60,833 nucleotides of DNA from Spirochaetia bacterium (GCA_035477615.1 DATIKJ010000041.1:1-60833); one strand, 5' to 3'. Counted from the stretch's first letter, positions 27,023-37,163 are shown. Notes: a model not told the origin generated them from the letters alone. A program made the numbers and translations.

Positions 27023-27924
27023 TTGGATCGATTGACGAACCTGGTGGCGGCGAAGAGACTCCCGAGGAAGGAGATTATTAAACCAAAAATAATGAGGGCA
27101 CCAAAGAGAATGGCTATTGTGACAAAGGAAATGGGAAAAGAAATAATACTGCCGATTCTAGGGGCAAGGAAAGGAGTGGAGTAAAGAAGAGCAACAAAAC
27201 AACCCAACCAGCCAACGACGGCACCGGTAAGGCCGTAGATAACAGATTCTTGCAGATATGGCTTGATGATATAGAAGTTTTTGGCTCCCATGAGCTTAAA
27301 GGTGCTGATTTCAAATCTTCTGGAAGAAATTTTCATGGAAATAATGGTCATGATCGTAAGGATCGCGACAAGAGTAAGAGTAACTACGAGGACAAGACCG
27401 CCCATACGAATAGCGTTTGTCCATTTGGTTAGCTCGGCAATAACATCTTGGGGAAAATCAATTTCTTTTTTGCCGGCAGGAGTGACACTGACGATGTCAC
27501 TTTTTTCGAGAGTGGTGGCGATATTTTTGAATGATTCAGGATTTTGGGCTGTGATCTCGACACTGGCAGGAAGAATATCAGCGGTGACGATACCCCAGTC
27601 GGTAACTGTACCTAGAAGAACAGGGTCGTTGCCAACGCTTTTTTTATAGAGCTCTAGGGCATCTTCTTTACTGATATATTTTGCTTCTCTGACACCAGAT
27701 GTTGAGTTTAGTGAACTCAAGAGACCACCAACTTGCTCTGTGGTGTGACCATCTTTGAGATAGGCAATGATTTGAGGCTTGGTTTCGAAGTTGTTTAAGA
27801 TTATTTGTGAAGCAGCAGTGACAAGAGCAAAAATACCAACAATAAAAATGGTCAAACTGACAATAAAGATAGCGGAAATTGCCTGATAAGGTGAACGACG
27901 AATATTTTTGATGGCGGTACTCAT
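27019..27924 (-). CDS. ftsX: Cell division permease-like protein FtsX
   Basis: 301 aa. One TM segment, a large extracytoplasmic loop, then three C-terminal TM segments. It sits immediately downstream of ftsE. Confidence 0.9.
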   Translation of the reverse strand: MSTAIKNIRRSPYQAISAIFIVSLTIFIVGIFALVTAASQIILNNFETKPQIIAYLKDGHTTEQVGGLLSSLNSTSGVREAKYISKEDALELYKKSVGNDPVLLGTVTDWGIVTADILPASVEITAQNPESFKNIATTLEKSDIVSVTPAGKKEIDFPQDVIAELTKWTNAIRMGGLVLVVTLTLVAILTIMTIISMKISSRRFEISTFKLMGAKNFYIIKPYLQESVIYGLTGAVVGWLGCFVALLYSTPFLAPRIGSIISFPISFVTIAILFGALIIFGLIISFLGSLFAATRFVNRSK

Positions 27925-27925
27925 G

Positions 27926-28615
27926 CTAGTTTTTGGACTCCTTTTTCTCTTTATATTTCTCCGTCTTTACTATCTTACCTTTTTCGAGATGAATATGGCT
28001 ACCAATGTTCATGTTTATTAAGGTAACGTCGTGTGTGGCAATAATTACAGTTGTACCATCTGAGTTGATTTTCTGGAGTAGTTTGAATATTTCTAAGGAA
28101 GTGTCTTTGTCTAAGTTTCCTGTAGGTTCGTCGGCAAAAAGAATTGGTGGGCTAGCAGCGATGGCTCTGGCTATCGAAGCTCTTTGAATCTCACCTCCGG
28201 AGAGCTGTCCAGGAAAAAGATTTTCTTTGCCGGATAAACCGACTAGGTCTAGCGTATGCTTGACTTTTTCTGAGATTTTTTTACTATCGTATCCGGCAAT
28301 TTCCAAAGCAACAATGATGTTTTCACCAACTGTTTTGTCGGGTATGACACGAAAATCTTGGAAGGCAAAACCTATCTTTCGGCGAATAAGCGGAATACTT
28401 TGGGGTTTGATTTTGGTGAGATCGACACCGTCGATAAGAATTCTACCTTTATTGGGTACTAAGTCGTGTAAAAGCAATCGCCCGATAGTGGTTTTGCCAG
28501 CACCTGACTTGCCGGTAATGATTACTAGCTCTCCTGGAGTGACCGAAAAATCAATGTCATCTAAGACTGTGTCCCCATTGGGATAACTTTTTGAGACATG
28601 AATAAAATCAATCAC
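27926..28615 (-). CDS. ftsE: Cell division ATP-binding protein FtsE
   Basis: Walker A GKSGAGKTT, signature LSGGEIQRASIARA, Walker [16 protein letters not shown] start (cac at 28613-28615). Confidence 0.92.
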   Translation of the reverse strand: MIDFIHVSKSYPNGDTVLDDIDFSVTPGELVIITGKSGAGKTTIGRLLLHDLVPNKGRILIDGVDLTKIKPQSIPLIRRKIGFAFQDFRVIPDKTVGENIIVALEIAGYDSKKISEKVKHTLDLVGLSGKENLFPGQLSGGEIQRASIARAIAASPPILFADEPTGNLDKDTSLEIFKLLQKINSDGTTVIIATHDVTLINMNIGSHIHLEKGKIVKTEKYKEKKESKN

Positions 28616-28676
28616 AGTATTATTTAAATTATTAATTTGTTTGCTTCGTCGTTTTGCTCCCCGTGATGATAAGAAA

Positions 28677-29225
28677 TCATTCTGGCAACGAGGCGTTTAA
28701 AGCTTCGACTTTGGCACGACCAACGTCCATAAGCCAACCAACTTTTTGACCTTTGAATGTTTCTCCCCAGATGGTTACTTGGTGACCGATAAGTAGATCT
28801 AGGTCGATAGTGGAACTAGTTAGATAGACAGTTTGAGAAACACCTCCAGCACGGACAAGTTTGTGACTACCCTCACCATTGAAACCGCCTTTATCAATTA
28901 CTCCCGTAGCAGGATCTTTGAAACTTTTTTCATCTGGAGAACCAAAGATGTCACCAACTTTTACTCCAGTTTCGGGAATGGCAGATTGAATACCGGTTAG
29001 CTCAGCCGATACAATAGTGCCGGAGTTTTTGGCTTTGAGCCAGGAGCCGGTGTAAAAACCAGCAACAGCTACGATGAGAAAAACAATAATGACGGGGATA
29101 AAAGATTTTCTTTTCATTTTTGGCGGTGTTTCAACAGTAAAAGATGAGGGTACTGTTTTTTCGTTGTTATTGATAACAGGAGACTCTTGATTCTCTTTAT
29201 CTAGATCGATCATTTTTATATCCAT
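28677..29225 (-). CDS. Hypothetical membrane-anchored protein
   Basis: 182 aa, one TM segment (FIPVIIVFLIVAVAGFY) and an extracytoplasmic beta-rich domain. No family recognised. Confidence 0.5.
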   Translation of the reverse strand: MDIKMIDLDKENQESPVINNNEKTVPSSFTVETPPKMKRKSFIPVIIVFLIVAVAGFYTGSWLKAKNSGTIVSAELTGIQSAIPETGVKVGDIFGSPDEKSFKDPATGVIDKGGFNGEGSHKLVRAGGVSQTVYLTSSTIDLDLLIGHQVTIWGETFKGQKVGWLMDVGRAKVEALNASLPE

Positions 29226-29236
29226 AGTTTAGTTTA

Positions 29237-30346
29237 TCAAATTTGACGAGAAGGAGCGAAGAATCTTAGCTGAGCTTCAATAAAGTCATCTAGATTCCCA
29301 TCGAGAACAGAGTCTGGATTGGTTGATTCGTATTCAGTCCTAAGATCCTTGACTAGTTTGTAGGGGTGCAAAATATATGATCTGATTTGATGTCCCCAAC
29401 TAGCAGTTGTTTTCTCACCCCTTATTTCATTGATTTCTTCTTGACGTTTGGCCTCTTGAAGCTCCCAGAGCTTGGAGCGAAGGATATCCATGGCGATTTT
29501 TCTGTTTTGAACTTGATAGCGTTGAGTTTGACACTCAACAACAATACCTGTGGGGAGATGTTTGATACGTACGGCGGTACTGACCTTATTAACATTTTGG
29601 CCTCCTGCACCACCGGAACGACTGGCTTCGAACTCGATGTCTTCATCACGAATTTCGATATCAGCATCTTCCGGAAGAATGGGGGTGACCTCGACTCCTG
29701 CAAATGAGGTTTGTCTTAGTTTGTCGGCATTGAAAGGAGATTGGCGAACGAGACGATGAGTACCCTTTTCGTTTTTTAGAAAACCAAAGGCAAAACGGGC
29801 GTGAATCATGTAAGTAACTGTTTTGATACCCGCCTCTTCTCCTGGAGAGTACTCGACTGTGTCATAGTTCCAGCTACGTTTTTCAAAAAAACGAGTATAC
29901 ATGCGGGAAATCATTCCAGCCCAGTCCATGGCCTCTGTTCCGCCTTGTCCAGCGCGAATAGTGAGAATTGCTTCTGAGGTATCGTACTTACCTGAAAGAT
30001 AAGTAACTAGCTCGAACTTATCAATATGTTTTTCTAAGGTTTCTTTGAGGATAGTAATCTCTTTATCGAGAGTGTCATCGTTGCTTTCTGTGGCTAGCTT
30101 CAAGAGTTCTTCAAGATTTTTTAGATCAGTGGTGAGTCCGTCGATAGAGGTAAGCATGTCTCTAACCTCTGCCAAGTTTGACATAACCTTTTTTGCATTG
30201 TCTTCATCTTGCCAGAGATCTGGCTTGCTGGACTCGAGCTCGAGGCGGGTTTTTTCTTCTTGAAGTTTGCCGAGATCAATTTTGGTGCGAAGGTCATCGA
30301 TACGACGTTTGAGGTCAGGTAGATTCAATTGAGAGTCAGTGATCAT
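29237..30346 (-). CDS. prfB: Peptide chain release factor 2 (single uninterrupted ORF)
   Basis: GGQ motif ([14 protein letters not shown]) and the RF2-specific SPF tripeptide (RQSPFNA). 369 aa contiguous from M1, so no +1 frameshift site. Confidence 0.93.
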   Translation of the reverse strand: MITDSQLNLPDLKRRIDDLRTKIDLGKLQEEKTRLELESSKPDLWQDEDNAKKVMSNLAEVRDMLTSIDGLTTDLKNLEELLKLATESNDDTLDKEITILKETLEKHIDKFELVTYLSGKYDTSEAILTIRAGQGGTEAMDWAGMISRMYTRFFEKRSWNYDTVEYSPGEEAGIKTVTYMIHARFAFGFLKNEKGTHRLVRQSPFNADKLRQTSFAGVEVTPILPEDADIEIRDEDIEFEASRSGGAGGQNVNKVSTAVRIKHLPTGIVVECQTQRYQVQNRKIAMDILRSKLWELQEAKRQEEINEIRGEKTTASWGHQIRSYILHPYKLVKDLRTEYESTNPDSVLDGNLDDFIEAQLRFFAPSRQI

Positions 30347-30364
30347 CCCTCTATTTTACAGCCT

Positions 30365-30393
30365 TTGATATGGTTATACTGGAGGTATATAAT
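30365..30393 (+). promoter_or_regulatory. Sigma70-type promoter for the efflux operon (TTGATA-17 nt-TATAAT)
   Basis: TTGATA at 30365-30370, 17-nt spacer, TATAAT at 30388-30393, 30 nt upstream of the ATG at 30424. Confidence 0.4.
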
Positions 30394-30423
30394 TGATAGT
30401 TGATTTTGAGAAAAAAATAAAAA

Positions 30424-31461
30424 ATGAAATTTTTAAAAATACTAAAAAAAATCTGGTGGTTACTTCTTATTGTTGTCCTTATTGGTGGCTATTTTGCGAT
30501 CAATGCAAGTGTAAATAATGCAAAAGATCCAAAAATAAAAACTGTCACAGTACAAAGAGAAGACCTTGTAGATGAATTGAGTGTTTCTGGAGAGATTGAT
30601 GCAGAAGAAAAAGCTTCTTTGAGGTTTCAAACTTCTGGACTGTTGACATGGGTAGGAGTAAAAGAAGGAGATTATGTAAAAAAATACCAGTCTTTGGCAT
30701 CTTTGGATAAGCGTGAGTTACAAAATAACATGAGTAAGTATTTGAACACATATTCGAAAACTAGATGGGACTTTGAACAAGCACAAGATGATAATAAAGA
30801 CTGGCAAACCGCAGGAATGACAGATGAGGCTAGAACAGAAGTAAAACGAACCTTGGATAAATATCAGTTTGACCTAAACAACTCAGTTTTGTCTGTGGAG
30901 GCTCAGGCCTTGGCTCTAAAATTTGCAAACTTATGGACTCCTATAGAAGGCTTGGTAACGAAAGTGGAGGCTCCTTTGGCAGGCCAAAACATCACTCCGG
31001 CGACAGCGACATTTGAAATAGTAAATCCTAAAACGGTGTATTTTTCGGCGACAGCAGATCAAACAGAAGTTACAAAATTTAAAGTAGGCCAAAAAGGATC
31101 TCTCGTTTTAGATTCTTTCAGCGATACACCAATCGAAGGAACTGTCACCTCAATCGGATTTACTCCGATGGCTGATCAAACTGGGACTGTTTATGAACTG
31201 AAAATATCCTTGGCAACAGAAAACAATGATTATTCCGTGAGAATGGGAATGACAGGCGATATAAAATTTATTTTTAAAGAAATTATGGATGTTTTGGTAG
31301 TACCCGCCTCTTACGTTAAAAATGACGATGGTGAAGATTATGTTTTCAAAATGGTAGGAAAAGAAAAACAAAAAACAGTTGTTAAGCTAGGAGAAACCAT
31401 TGATGGAAATACGGAAATCTTATCTGGTTTAAATGAAAAAGATGTCATCTACAGTAATTAG
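30424..31461 (+). CDS. Efflux transporter periplasmic adaptor subunit (HlyD/MacA-like)
   Basis: N-terminal TM segment, coiled-coil hairpin region, then barrel-sandwich/lipoyl-like segments (GEIDAEEKASLRFQTSGLL ... VKEGDYVKKYQSLASLD). Confidence 0.8.
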   Translation: MKFLKILKKIWWLLLIVVLIGGYFAINASVNNAKDPKIKTVTVQREDLVDELSVSGEIDAEEKASLRFQTSGLLTWVGVKEGDYVKKYQSLASLDKRELQNNMSKYLNTYSKTRWDFEQAQDDNKDWQTAGMTDEARTEVKRTLDKYQFDLNNSVLSVEAQALALKFANLWTPIEGLVTKVEAPLAGQNITPATATFEIVNPKTVYFSATADQTEVTKFKVGQKGSLVLDSFSDTPIEGTVTSIGFTPMADQTGTVYELKISLATENNDYSVRMGMTGDIKFIFKEIMDVLVVPASYVKNDDGEDYVFKMVGKEKQKTVVKLGETIDGNTEILSGLNEKDVIYSN

Positions 31462-32122
31462 TTTAAAAAACATTTCCAAGAAATATGAAATGGGTGGGGA
31501 TGTAGTTTTTCATGCACTGAAAGATGTTAGTTTGGATATTAATAAGGGAGAGTATGCAGCATTAGTTGGACCGTCTGGAAGTGGAAAATCGACTTTGATG
31601 CATATTATTGGTTTACTAGATAAACCGACAGGTGGCCAAGTGATTATTGGAGGAGATGACATTTCTACCTTGAATGACGATCAAACCTCTACTTTAAGAA
31701 GTGAATTTGTGGGATTTGTTTTTCAACAGTTTAATTTGATAAACAAACTTACAATCAAAGAAAATATTTTGTTACCTATCGGATATGCAAGAAAGAAGTT
31801 TGACTATGACCCCGATGAAAGAGCAGATTATCTGATGGAGAGATTTGGAATACTAGACAAGAAAAATTCTTTCCCAAACAAGATATCTGGAGGACAACAA
31901 CAACGAGTGGCTATTGCCCGCGCCTTAATTATGAATCCAAAATTGATTTTGGCTGATGAACCAACTGGGAATTTGGATACCAAGACGGGTGATGAAATTA
32001 TGGAGTTATTTGGAGAATTAAACAAAGAAGGAATTACTATTTTGGTCGTGACTCACGAACCGGATATTGCAGCTAGAACTCGTCGACAAATTAAAATTAA
32101 AGATGGGGAGGTAGTCAAATGA
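31433..32122 (+). CDS. ABC transporter ATP-binding protein (MacB/LolD-type)
   Basis: Walker [10 protein letters not shown], signature [15 protein letters not shown], Walker [13 protein letters not shown]. An alternative ATG lies at 31442. Confidence 0.9.
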   Translation: MKKMSSTVISLKNISKKYEMGGDVVFHALKDVSLDINKGEYAALVGPSGSGKSTLMHIIGLLDKPTGGQVIIGGDDISTLNDDQTSTLRSEFVGFVFQQFNLINKLTIKENILLPIGYARKKFDYDPDERADYLMERFGILDKKNSFPNKISGGQQQRVAIARALIMNPKLILADEPTGNLDTKTGDEIMELFGELNKEGITILVVTHEPDIAARTRRQIKIKDGEVVK

Positions 32123-33330
32123 ATTACGCAGTTTCAATATTCAGATCAGCAATAACTGATTTTGGAAAGAATAAAGGAAGAACTTTTTTGACATCCTTAG
32201 GAATTCTAATTGGCGTCATGTCTGTCGTTTTACTTATGGCTGCAGGCTCTGGTTTGAAAGTGTATATTGAGCAACAGTTTGAAAGTATGGGCTCAAACTT
32301 GTTGTATGTTATGCCTGGTAATATGTTTGGTGAGGATGGCTCAGGATTGGCTGGAGCTGATGGTGGATTGGCACCATTGTTTGTAGAGAAAGATATGGTG
32401 ACATTAAAAAGATTAAAAGAGATCGAGTATGTAATTCCCTACTATCAAAAGACAGTGAAGGCTTCCTATGGCGGAACAACAAAGTACGCTACCTTAAATG
32501 GAACATCTGAAGATGCATTCCCTGGAAGTAATCTGTTGATAGATTATGGAACACTTTTTTCTGAGGCAGACAACTCGGCAAAAAATAAAGTAGCGGTAAT
32601 TGGTTCAAAAATGGCAGAAAAATTATTTGGTGATGCTTCACTGGCTATTGATAAAAAAATCAGAGTAGATGATCAGTTGTTCCGAGTTATTGGAGTTCTT
32701 CAATCTAAGGGTGGTGGTGGTTTGGGCGGTCCTAGTTTTGATGATTACATTTACATTCCTTATAAAACTTCATACATTTTTAATACCGATAAAAAGTTTA
32801 TTCAAATTATTGTCAAAGTTAGAAACGAAGAAGACTTACCAATGCTGAAAGAAACAATAAAAACTGAGCTTAAAAAAAGAATTAAGACTGAGGAGTTTTC
32901 GGTAATAGAGTCAACTGAAATACTAAAAACAATTAGTTCTATTTTTGGAATATTGAATATTGTATTGGTAGCAATCGCGGCTATTTCATTAGTTGTCGGT
33001 GGAATTGGAATTCTCAATATCATGTATGTAACAGTGAGTGAACGTATCAAGGAAATTGGTGTGCGTAGGGCTTTGGGAGCTAGAAGAAATGATATTTTAT
33101 GGCAGTTTTTGGCTGAGGCAGTAGTGTTGTCTGTTTTTGGAGGAGCTTTGGGATTGGGTTTATCTGCTCTTATTGTATTTTTCTTGCATAGTCTTTTTCC
33201 GGCATATATTTCTTTAGAATCGGTGTTGTTAGCTTTGGGAACATCATCGATAATTGGAATTGTGTTTGGTGTCTTTCCAGCTAAGAAAGCGGCAGATCTT
33301 TCCCCTATCGATGCAATTCGGTATGAGTAG
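32119..33330 (+). CDS. ABC transporter permease (MacB-type, FtsX-like fold)
   Basis: 403 aa. TM1, a large extracytoplasmic domain, then three TM segments with RALGARRNDILWQFLAEAVVLS. ATGA overlap with the ATPase gene. Confidence 0.9.
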   Translation: MNYAVSIFRSAITDFGKNKGRTFLTSLGILIGVMSVVLLMAAGSGLKVYIEQQFESMGSNLLYVMPGNMFGEDGSGLAGADGGLAPLFVEKDMVTLKRLKEIEYVIPYYQKTVKASYGGTTKYATLNGTSEDAFPGSNLLIDYGTLFSEADNSAKNKVAVIGSKMAEKLFGDASLAIDKKIRVDDQLFRVIGVLQSKGGGGLGGPSFDDYIYIPYKTSYIFNTDKKFIQIIVKVRNEEDLPMLKETIKTELKKRIKTEEFSVIESTEILKTISSIFGILNIVLVAIAAISLVVGGIGILNIMYVTVSERIKEIGVRRALGARRNDILWQFLAEAVVLSVFGGALGLGLSALIVFFLHSLFPAYISLESVLLALGTSSIIGIVFGVFPAKKAADLSPIDAIRYE

Positions 33331-33339
33331 GATATAATC

Positions 33340-33801
33340 TTGCTGGTGAAATCAGAGCAGCTTCAACCAGTGCCAGTAGAGACTTTTTTGTATCCGAGAA
33401 ATTTTAAGGAAAAAATTCCCTTTGTAAATAGTGAATGTGAGTTTCAACCTAGTGGATGGGCAAAAATTGAAGATAAGTTTTATCCTTTGGGTTATAAAAT
33501 AGTAACGACTGAATTGAAATCTTTGGGACTTAGAAATAACCCAAATATTATGACTTTCCCTATTGGTGAATGGGTGAGACTTCCTGATGATCAAGTAACC
33601 GTAGGAAATACTCATTGGAGTGGATGGGGAGGAATATGGATGGCACTACGCAGGGGAAGTATCCCAACATATAGAAACTATATGATGGAAAAATATCAGA
33701 TAAAAACTAGAGCTTTTTTGACAGCAATGGATAGGCCTCTATTTGCAAATAATGATCGTGTTAAATCCCAAGGGGTAATGCTACTTGAAGAGATACTTTA
33801 A
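33340..33801 (+). CDS. Hypothetical protein
   Basis: 153 aa ORF starting with TTG, 9 nt after the permease stop (GTG at 33346 is also possible). No signal peptide and no recognised motif. Confidence 0.4.
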   Translation: MLVKSEQLQPVPVETFLYPRNFKEKIPFVNSECEFQPSGWAKIEDKFYPLGYKIVTTELKSLGLRNNPNIMTFPIGEWVRLPDDQVTVGNTHWSGWGGIWMALRRGSIPTYRNYMMEKYQIKTRAFLTAMDRPLFANNDRVKSQGVMLLEEIL

Positions 33802-34634
33802 TTAATTAAACCTTTAGCAATGGTGATATTTTTAGCATCACTACCTGCATGATTTTCTCCAGGAACTTCAAGAATTAGAGGTAGTGAATTAAAAGAATGG
33901 TGGTTTATAAGATTTCTAAGACCTTCAAGACCTATCTCCCCTTCTCCGATGTTGGCATGCATATCACGGTGGGAGTTGAGAACTGTTGCCGAGTCGTTGA
34001 GATGGATACAGACTAACTTATCTGAAAGATCTAGATCTTTAAGTTGTTTCGAAATTTTTTCTACTTCATCTTTTTTTCTGATATCAACTCCTGACTCAAA
34101 CAAATGGGCAGTGTCAAGACACATTTTAAGACGTTTGTCTTTGATAGTTTTGATAAGAAAACTAATTTCTTCGAGAGAACCAATTTTGCCATTTTGGCCG
34201 GCATCATTTTCTAATATTAGATCGCAGTTTTCGGTGCTGGCTAAGATTCTCTGTATAACGGCTAGTATTTGATCTTTGGCGCTATCAAAACCTGCCCCCA
34301 AGTGAGAGCCAATATGAACAATAACGCCAGCTGATTTTAGACGGGCACCATTTTGTATATCCATAATTAGAGAGTTGATGGATTTCTCAAGAATATCTTT
34401 GTTGATTGAGGCGAGATTAACTAAATAGAGTGCGTGTATAAAGGTTGGTTTGATGTTGAGTCTCTCTGATTCCGAAAGATATGCTTCTACTTGATCTTCT
34501 GGAAAAGGTTTTCTAAACCAAAGACGAGGAGAACCCGCAAAGATCTGTAGACAGTTGCCACCAATTTCTTCTGTCTTTTTAATAGCATTTAGTAAGCTAC
34601 CAGCCATGGAAACATGACCGCCTACTCGTCTCAT
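33798..34634 (-). CDS. nfo: Endonuclease IV (deoxyribonuclease IV)
   Basis: GGHVSMAGSL...LQIFAGSPRLW and IHLNDSATVLNSHRDMHANIGEGEIG are typical Nfo motifs. Confidence 0.9.
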   Translation of the reverse strand: MRRVGGHVSMAGSLLNAIKKTEEIGGNCLQIFAGSPRLWFRKPFPEDQVEAYLSESERLNIKPTFIHALYLVNLASINKDILEKSINSLIMDIQNGARLKSAGVIVHIGSHLGAGFDSAKDQILAVIQRILASTENCDLILENDAGQNGKIGSLEEISFLIKTIKDKRLKMCLDTAHLFESGVDIRKKDEVEKISKQLKDLDLSDKLVCIHLNDSATVLNSHRDMHANIGEGEIGLEGLRNLINHHSFNSLPLILEVPGENHAGSDAKNITIAKGLIN

Positions 34635-35302
34635 TTTTCTTCGATTTTGATTGACTCAATGATTACTTTTTCAAGAGGAGCGTCTGACCCGTCTGTGTCC
34701 ACTGTGGCAATGGCGTCTAAGGTCAAAAGACTTGCCGAGTCTGAAGCACTGATACGACCAAAAATAGTGTAGTTGGGAGGAAGCGGATAGTCTTTGTGCA
34801 TTATGAAAAACTGAGAGCCGTTGGTGTTTGGACCAGAGTTGGCCATAGCAATAGTACCCTTAGAGTACTCTTCGGTTACTGGTTCGTCAGCAAATTTATA
34901 GCCTGGACCGCCGGTACCGGTACCATTTGGGTCTCCCCCCTGGATCATGAAGCCTTCAATAATACGATGAAAAATGAGACCATCATAAAAAGGTTTATTG
35001 GACACTTTTATACCAGTATTTGGATTGATTCTTGTTCCCTTAGCAAGTTCAACAAAATTTTTAACTGTATTGGGAGCAATCTTTGGAAAAAGATCAACTC
35101 TCATTGTACCTTTGTTGGTTTTGATAACGGCGGTAATATTTTCGGCGAGAGGTACTTGGGTTGGTGTGGGTGTGTCCATGTTGGTTGGATTAATTTTTAT
35201 ATCTGATAACTGTACTTGATAATTGGGAACACTAGGTGTTTTGGCCGAAGTGCAACCGGAAAGAAACATGGCTGCAACTAGTACTAGAAGTATTCTTTTC
35301 AT
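34631..35302 (-). CDS. Cyclophilin-type peptidyl-prolyl isomerase, lipoprotein
   Basis: Lipobox LSGC after the signal peptide. FHRIIEGFMIQGGDPNGTGTGGPGYKFADE and NGSQFFI are cyclophilin motifs. ATGA overlap with nfo. Confidence 0.9.
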   Translation of the reverse strand: MKRILLVLVAAMFLSGCTSAKTPSVPNYQVQLSDIKINPTNMDTPTPTQVPLAENITAVIKTNKGTMRVDLFPKIAPNTVKNFVELAKGTRINPNTGIKVSNKPFYDGLIFHRIIEGFMIQGGDPNGTGTGGPGYKFADEPVTEEYSKGTIAMANSGPNTNGSQFFIMHKDYPLPPNYTIFGRISASDSASLLTLDAIATVDTDGSDAPLEKVIIESIKIEEK

Positions 35303-35339
35303 AAGTTTACATTATATATTCTCATGGTAACATGAGTGT

Positions 35340-35654
35340 ATGCAAATGCCTGTTGTGGTTGGGGTTGTTGTTGCTTTAATATTTTTGATTGCGTTTTCGG
35401 AGTGGTTTTATCACTTAGTGATTGGCTGGAATGAATTTGTTTTGGACGATATGTATTTTAAATACAGGATGGTAGGAGTATCACTACTATCTATTGCAAT
35501 CATGAGTGGTACATTTTACGGATTGGCAATGTTTTATGAGTGTCCTAGTGAAGATCGAGAAGGAGTGTTTGCAAAACTAAACTGTGAGGATTATACAAAA
35601 ATAAAGGCAGGTACAGAAAAGGTTTTGATGAAAATTGAGAAATCGATGGAGTGA
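35340..35654 (+). CDS. Hypothetical membrane protein
   Basis: 104 aa, two predicted TM segments, ATG start. The only + strand ORF in this neighbourhood. Confidence 0.4.
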   Translation: MQMPVVVGVVVALIFLIAFSEWFYHLVIGWNEFVLDDMYFKYRMVGVSLLSIAIMSGTFYGLAMFYECPSEDREGVFAKLNCEDYTKIKAGTEKVLMKIEKSME

Positions 35655-35981
35655 TTATTTTTTTCTGGTAATTAACTTCTCTAGATAGACAACAAATTTG
35701 TAAATTATTCTTTCTATGAAGGAACGATTTTGTTTTTGTACTGTGTGACTACCATAAACAGGGTTCCACCAAGCTGAGGTAATGATCCAGTCACTTCCTT
35801 GACGTTTGACAGCAGCAACAATTTTGTAACCATTGATTATCTTAATGTGTTTTTTTGAGTTAGTAGTAGAACTTTGCCGAACCTCATCGGGAAAACGTAC
35901 TGCTGTATCAACCCAAGAAGGATTTAGACCTCTATCTTTGATACGATCAAAAAGATGATTCGTCCAGATTACCTTGCCCAT
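35655..35981 (-). CDS. Hypothetical small protein (possibly DUF4258-like)
   Basis: 108 aa. The ATG shares 1 nt with the SDR stop. The N-terminal WTNHLFDRIKDRGLNPSWVDTAV... weakly recalls DUF4258. Low certainty. Confidence 0.45.
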   Translation of the reverse strand: MGKVIWTNHLFDRIKDRGLNPSWVDTAVRFPDEVRQSSTTNSKKHIKIINGYKIVAAVKRQGSDWIITSAWWNPVYGSHTVQKQNRSFIERIIYKFVVYLEKLITRKK

Positions 35982-37087
35982 TATTTTATGAGTTTGACGA
36001 GATCCGGATCTTCGGCCAGAGGACTAGATTGCACTGTTGGTTCTGTAGATACTGTCTGAGATTGGTTTTGGAGAGGAGTTTCTGGAATAACGGGATTTGA
36101 TGGAGTAGCTGGAGAAATTATTGTAGGAGCTGGTTCTGGTGTTGGTACAGAGACGGGAGGTGTGACGTCTACTGTTTGGTGTTGCACAGGTGGAGTAACA
36201 TCTACATGACTTGGTGGAGATGCTACGGGAGGGAATGTATCCGTTGAACCAGGAGTAATATCGATTACGTTACTTGTGGCAACAGGTGGCTGGGCAACTG
36301 GAGTATGGGGCACATACTGAGGTGAGTCGTTTTGGGTGGTGATCATGTCTGGGTCTATGTTTAGATCGATTATGGGTGCATTGGTGTCGTCCATATTGGT
36401 TGGTTGTTGTTTTTTGTTTTTAATACTTATTTCAGGAATATATGTACTAGGATTTAAGTTTATAACATATTCAACTACAGATGCCACTTCTGCCGAGTCT
36501 AGAGCATCAGTGAGATCTCTTTGAACTCCACTTTTTTCAAAAAGACTGGTTTTTATGAGACCTGGATAGACACCGGTAACCTTTATATTCTCATCTAGTA
36601 AATCCTCTTGCAGACATTTCGTAAAACCAGTAATTGCCCATTTGGAAGCGTGATAAACCGAACGACTCTTTTTGGCAAATAATCCATCTTGGGAAATAAT
36701 GTTGACTATTTGACCAGTTTTTTTCGATCTCATCAATGGCAATACTACCTTGGTGAGGAAAATAGTGCCGGTAGTATTGACGTCGATCAATTCTTTTATT
36801 TTTTGAGGATCGTTTTCTTCAAGTTCTCCTTCCATCCAGACCCCGGCATTGTTTACTAAGATATCAATCGTCTGATATTTTTGGATAACTTGATCGATTG
36901 CGGATTTAAGGGAGTTGTAGTCTGCTAACTCAGCTACGACAAAATCACAGTTTAGTTCTTTGGCAACAGATTCCAGTTTTTCTTTGTTGCGAGCGAGAAT
37001 AATAACATGATTATTGGGCGCGAGTTTTTGGGCAATAGCTTTACCTAGTCCGTCGCTTCCACCAGAAATGAGGATAACCTTGGGCAT
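35981..37087 (-). CDS. Short-chain dehydrogenase/reductase with about 140-aa Pro/Thr/Val-rich C-terminal extension
   Basis: ISGGSDGLGKAIA (TGxxxGxG-like), NNAG, YHASKWA (YxxxK). The tail runs from about residue 225 and has VDVTPPV repeats. Confidence 0.85.
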   Translation of the reverse strand: MPKVILISGGSDGLGKAIAQKLAPNNHVIILARNKEKLESVAKELNCDFVVAELADYNSLKSAIDQVIQKYQTIDILVNNAGVWMEGELEENDPQKIKELIDVNTTGTIFLTKVVLPLMRSKKTGQIVNIISQDGLFAKKSRSVYHASKWAITGFTKCLQEDLLDENIKVTGVYPGLIKTSLFEKSGVQRDLTDALDSAEVASVVEYVINLNPSTYIPEISIKNKKQQPTNMDDTNAPIIDLNIDPDMITTQNDSPQYVPHTPVAQPPVATSNVIDITPGSTDTFPPVASPPSHVDVTPPVQHQTVDVTPPVSVPTPEPAPTIISPATPSNPVIPETPLQNQSQTVSTEPTVQSSPLAEDPDLVKLIK

Positions 37088-37130
37088 TAATTTATTCTAT
37101 CTCAATATTTATGGGGAATAAATGGGTAAC

Positions 37131-37155
37131 AAAAACCCCGGTATAAAAACCGGGG
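37131..37155 (-). terminator. Rho-independent terminator after 37164-37445
   Basis: Minus strand reads CCCCGG-tttttata-CCGGGG followed by TTTTT, 9 nt downstream of the stop. Confidence 0.55.
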
Positions 37156-37163
37156 CAAGAACA

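Noticed and set aside
29237-30346. Programmed +1 frameshift site in prfB
   Set aside because: I looked for the in-frame UGA near codon 25-26 typical of many bacterial prfB genes. The ORF is uninterrupted from M1, so no frameshift is needed.
34796-35206. 136-aa antisense ORF within the cyclophilin gene (also 53930-54259 within lon and 37348-37734 across the secA 3' end)
   Set aside because: Same reasoning: they oppose strongly supported genes and have no start context or motifs.
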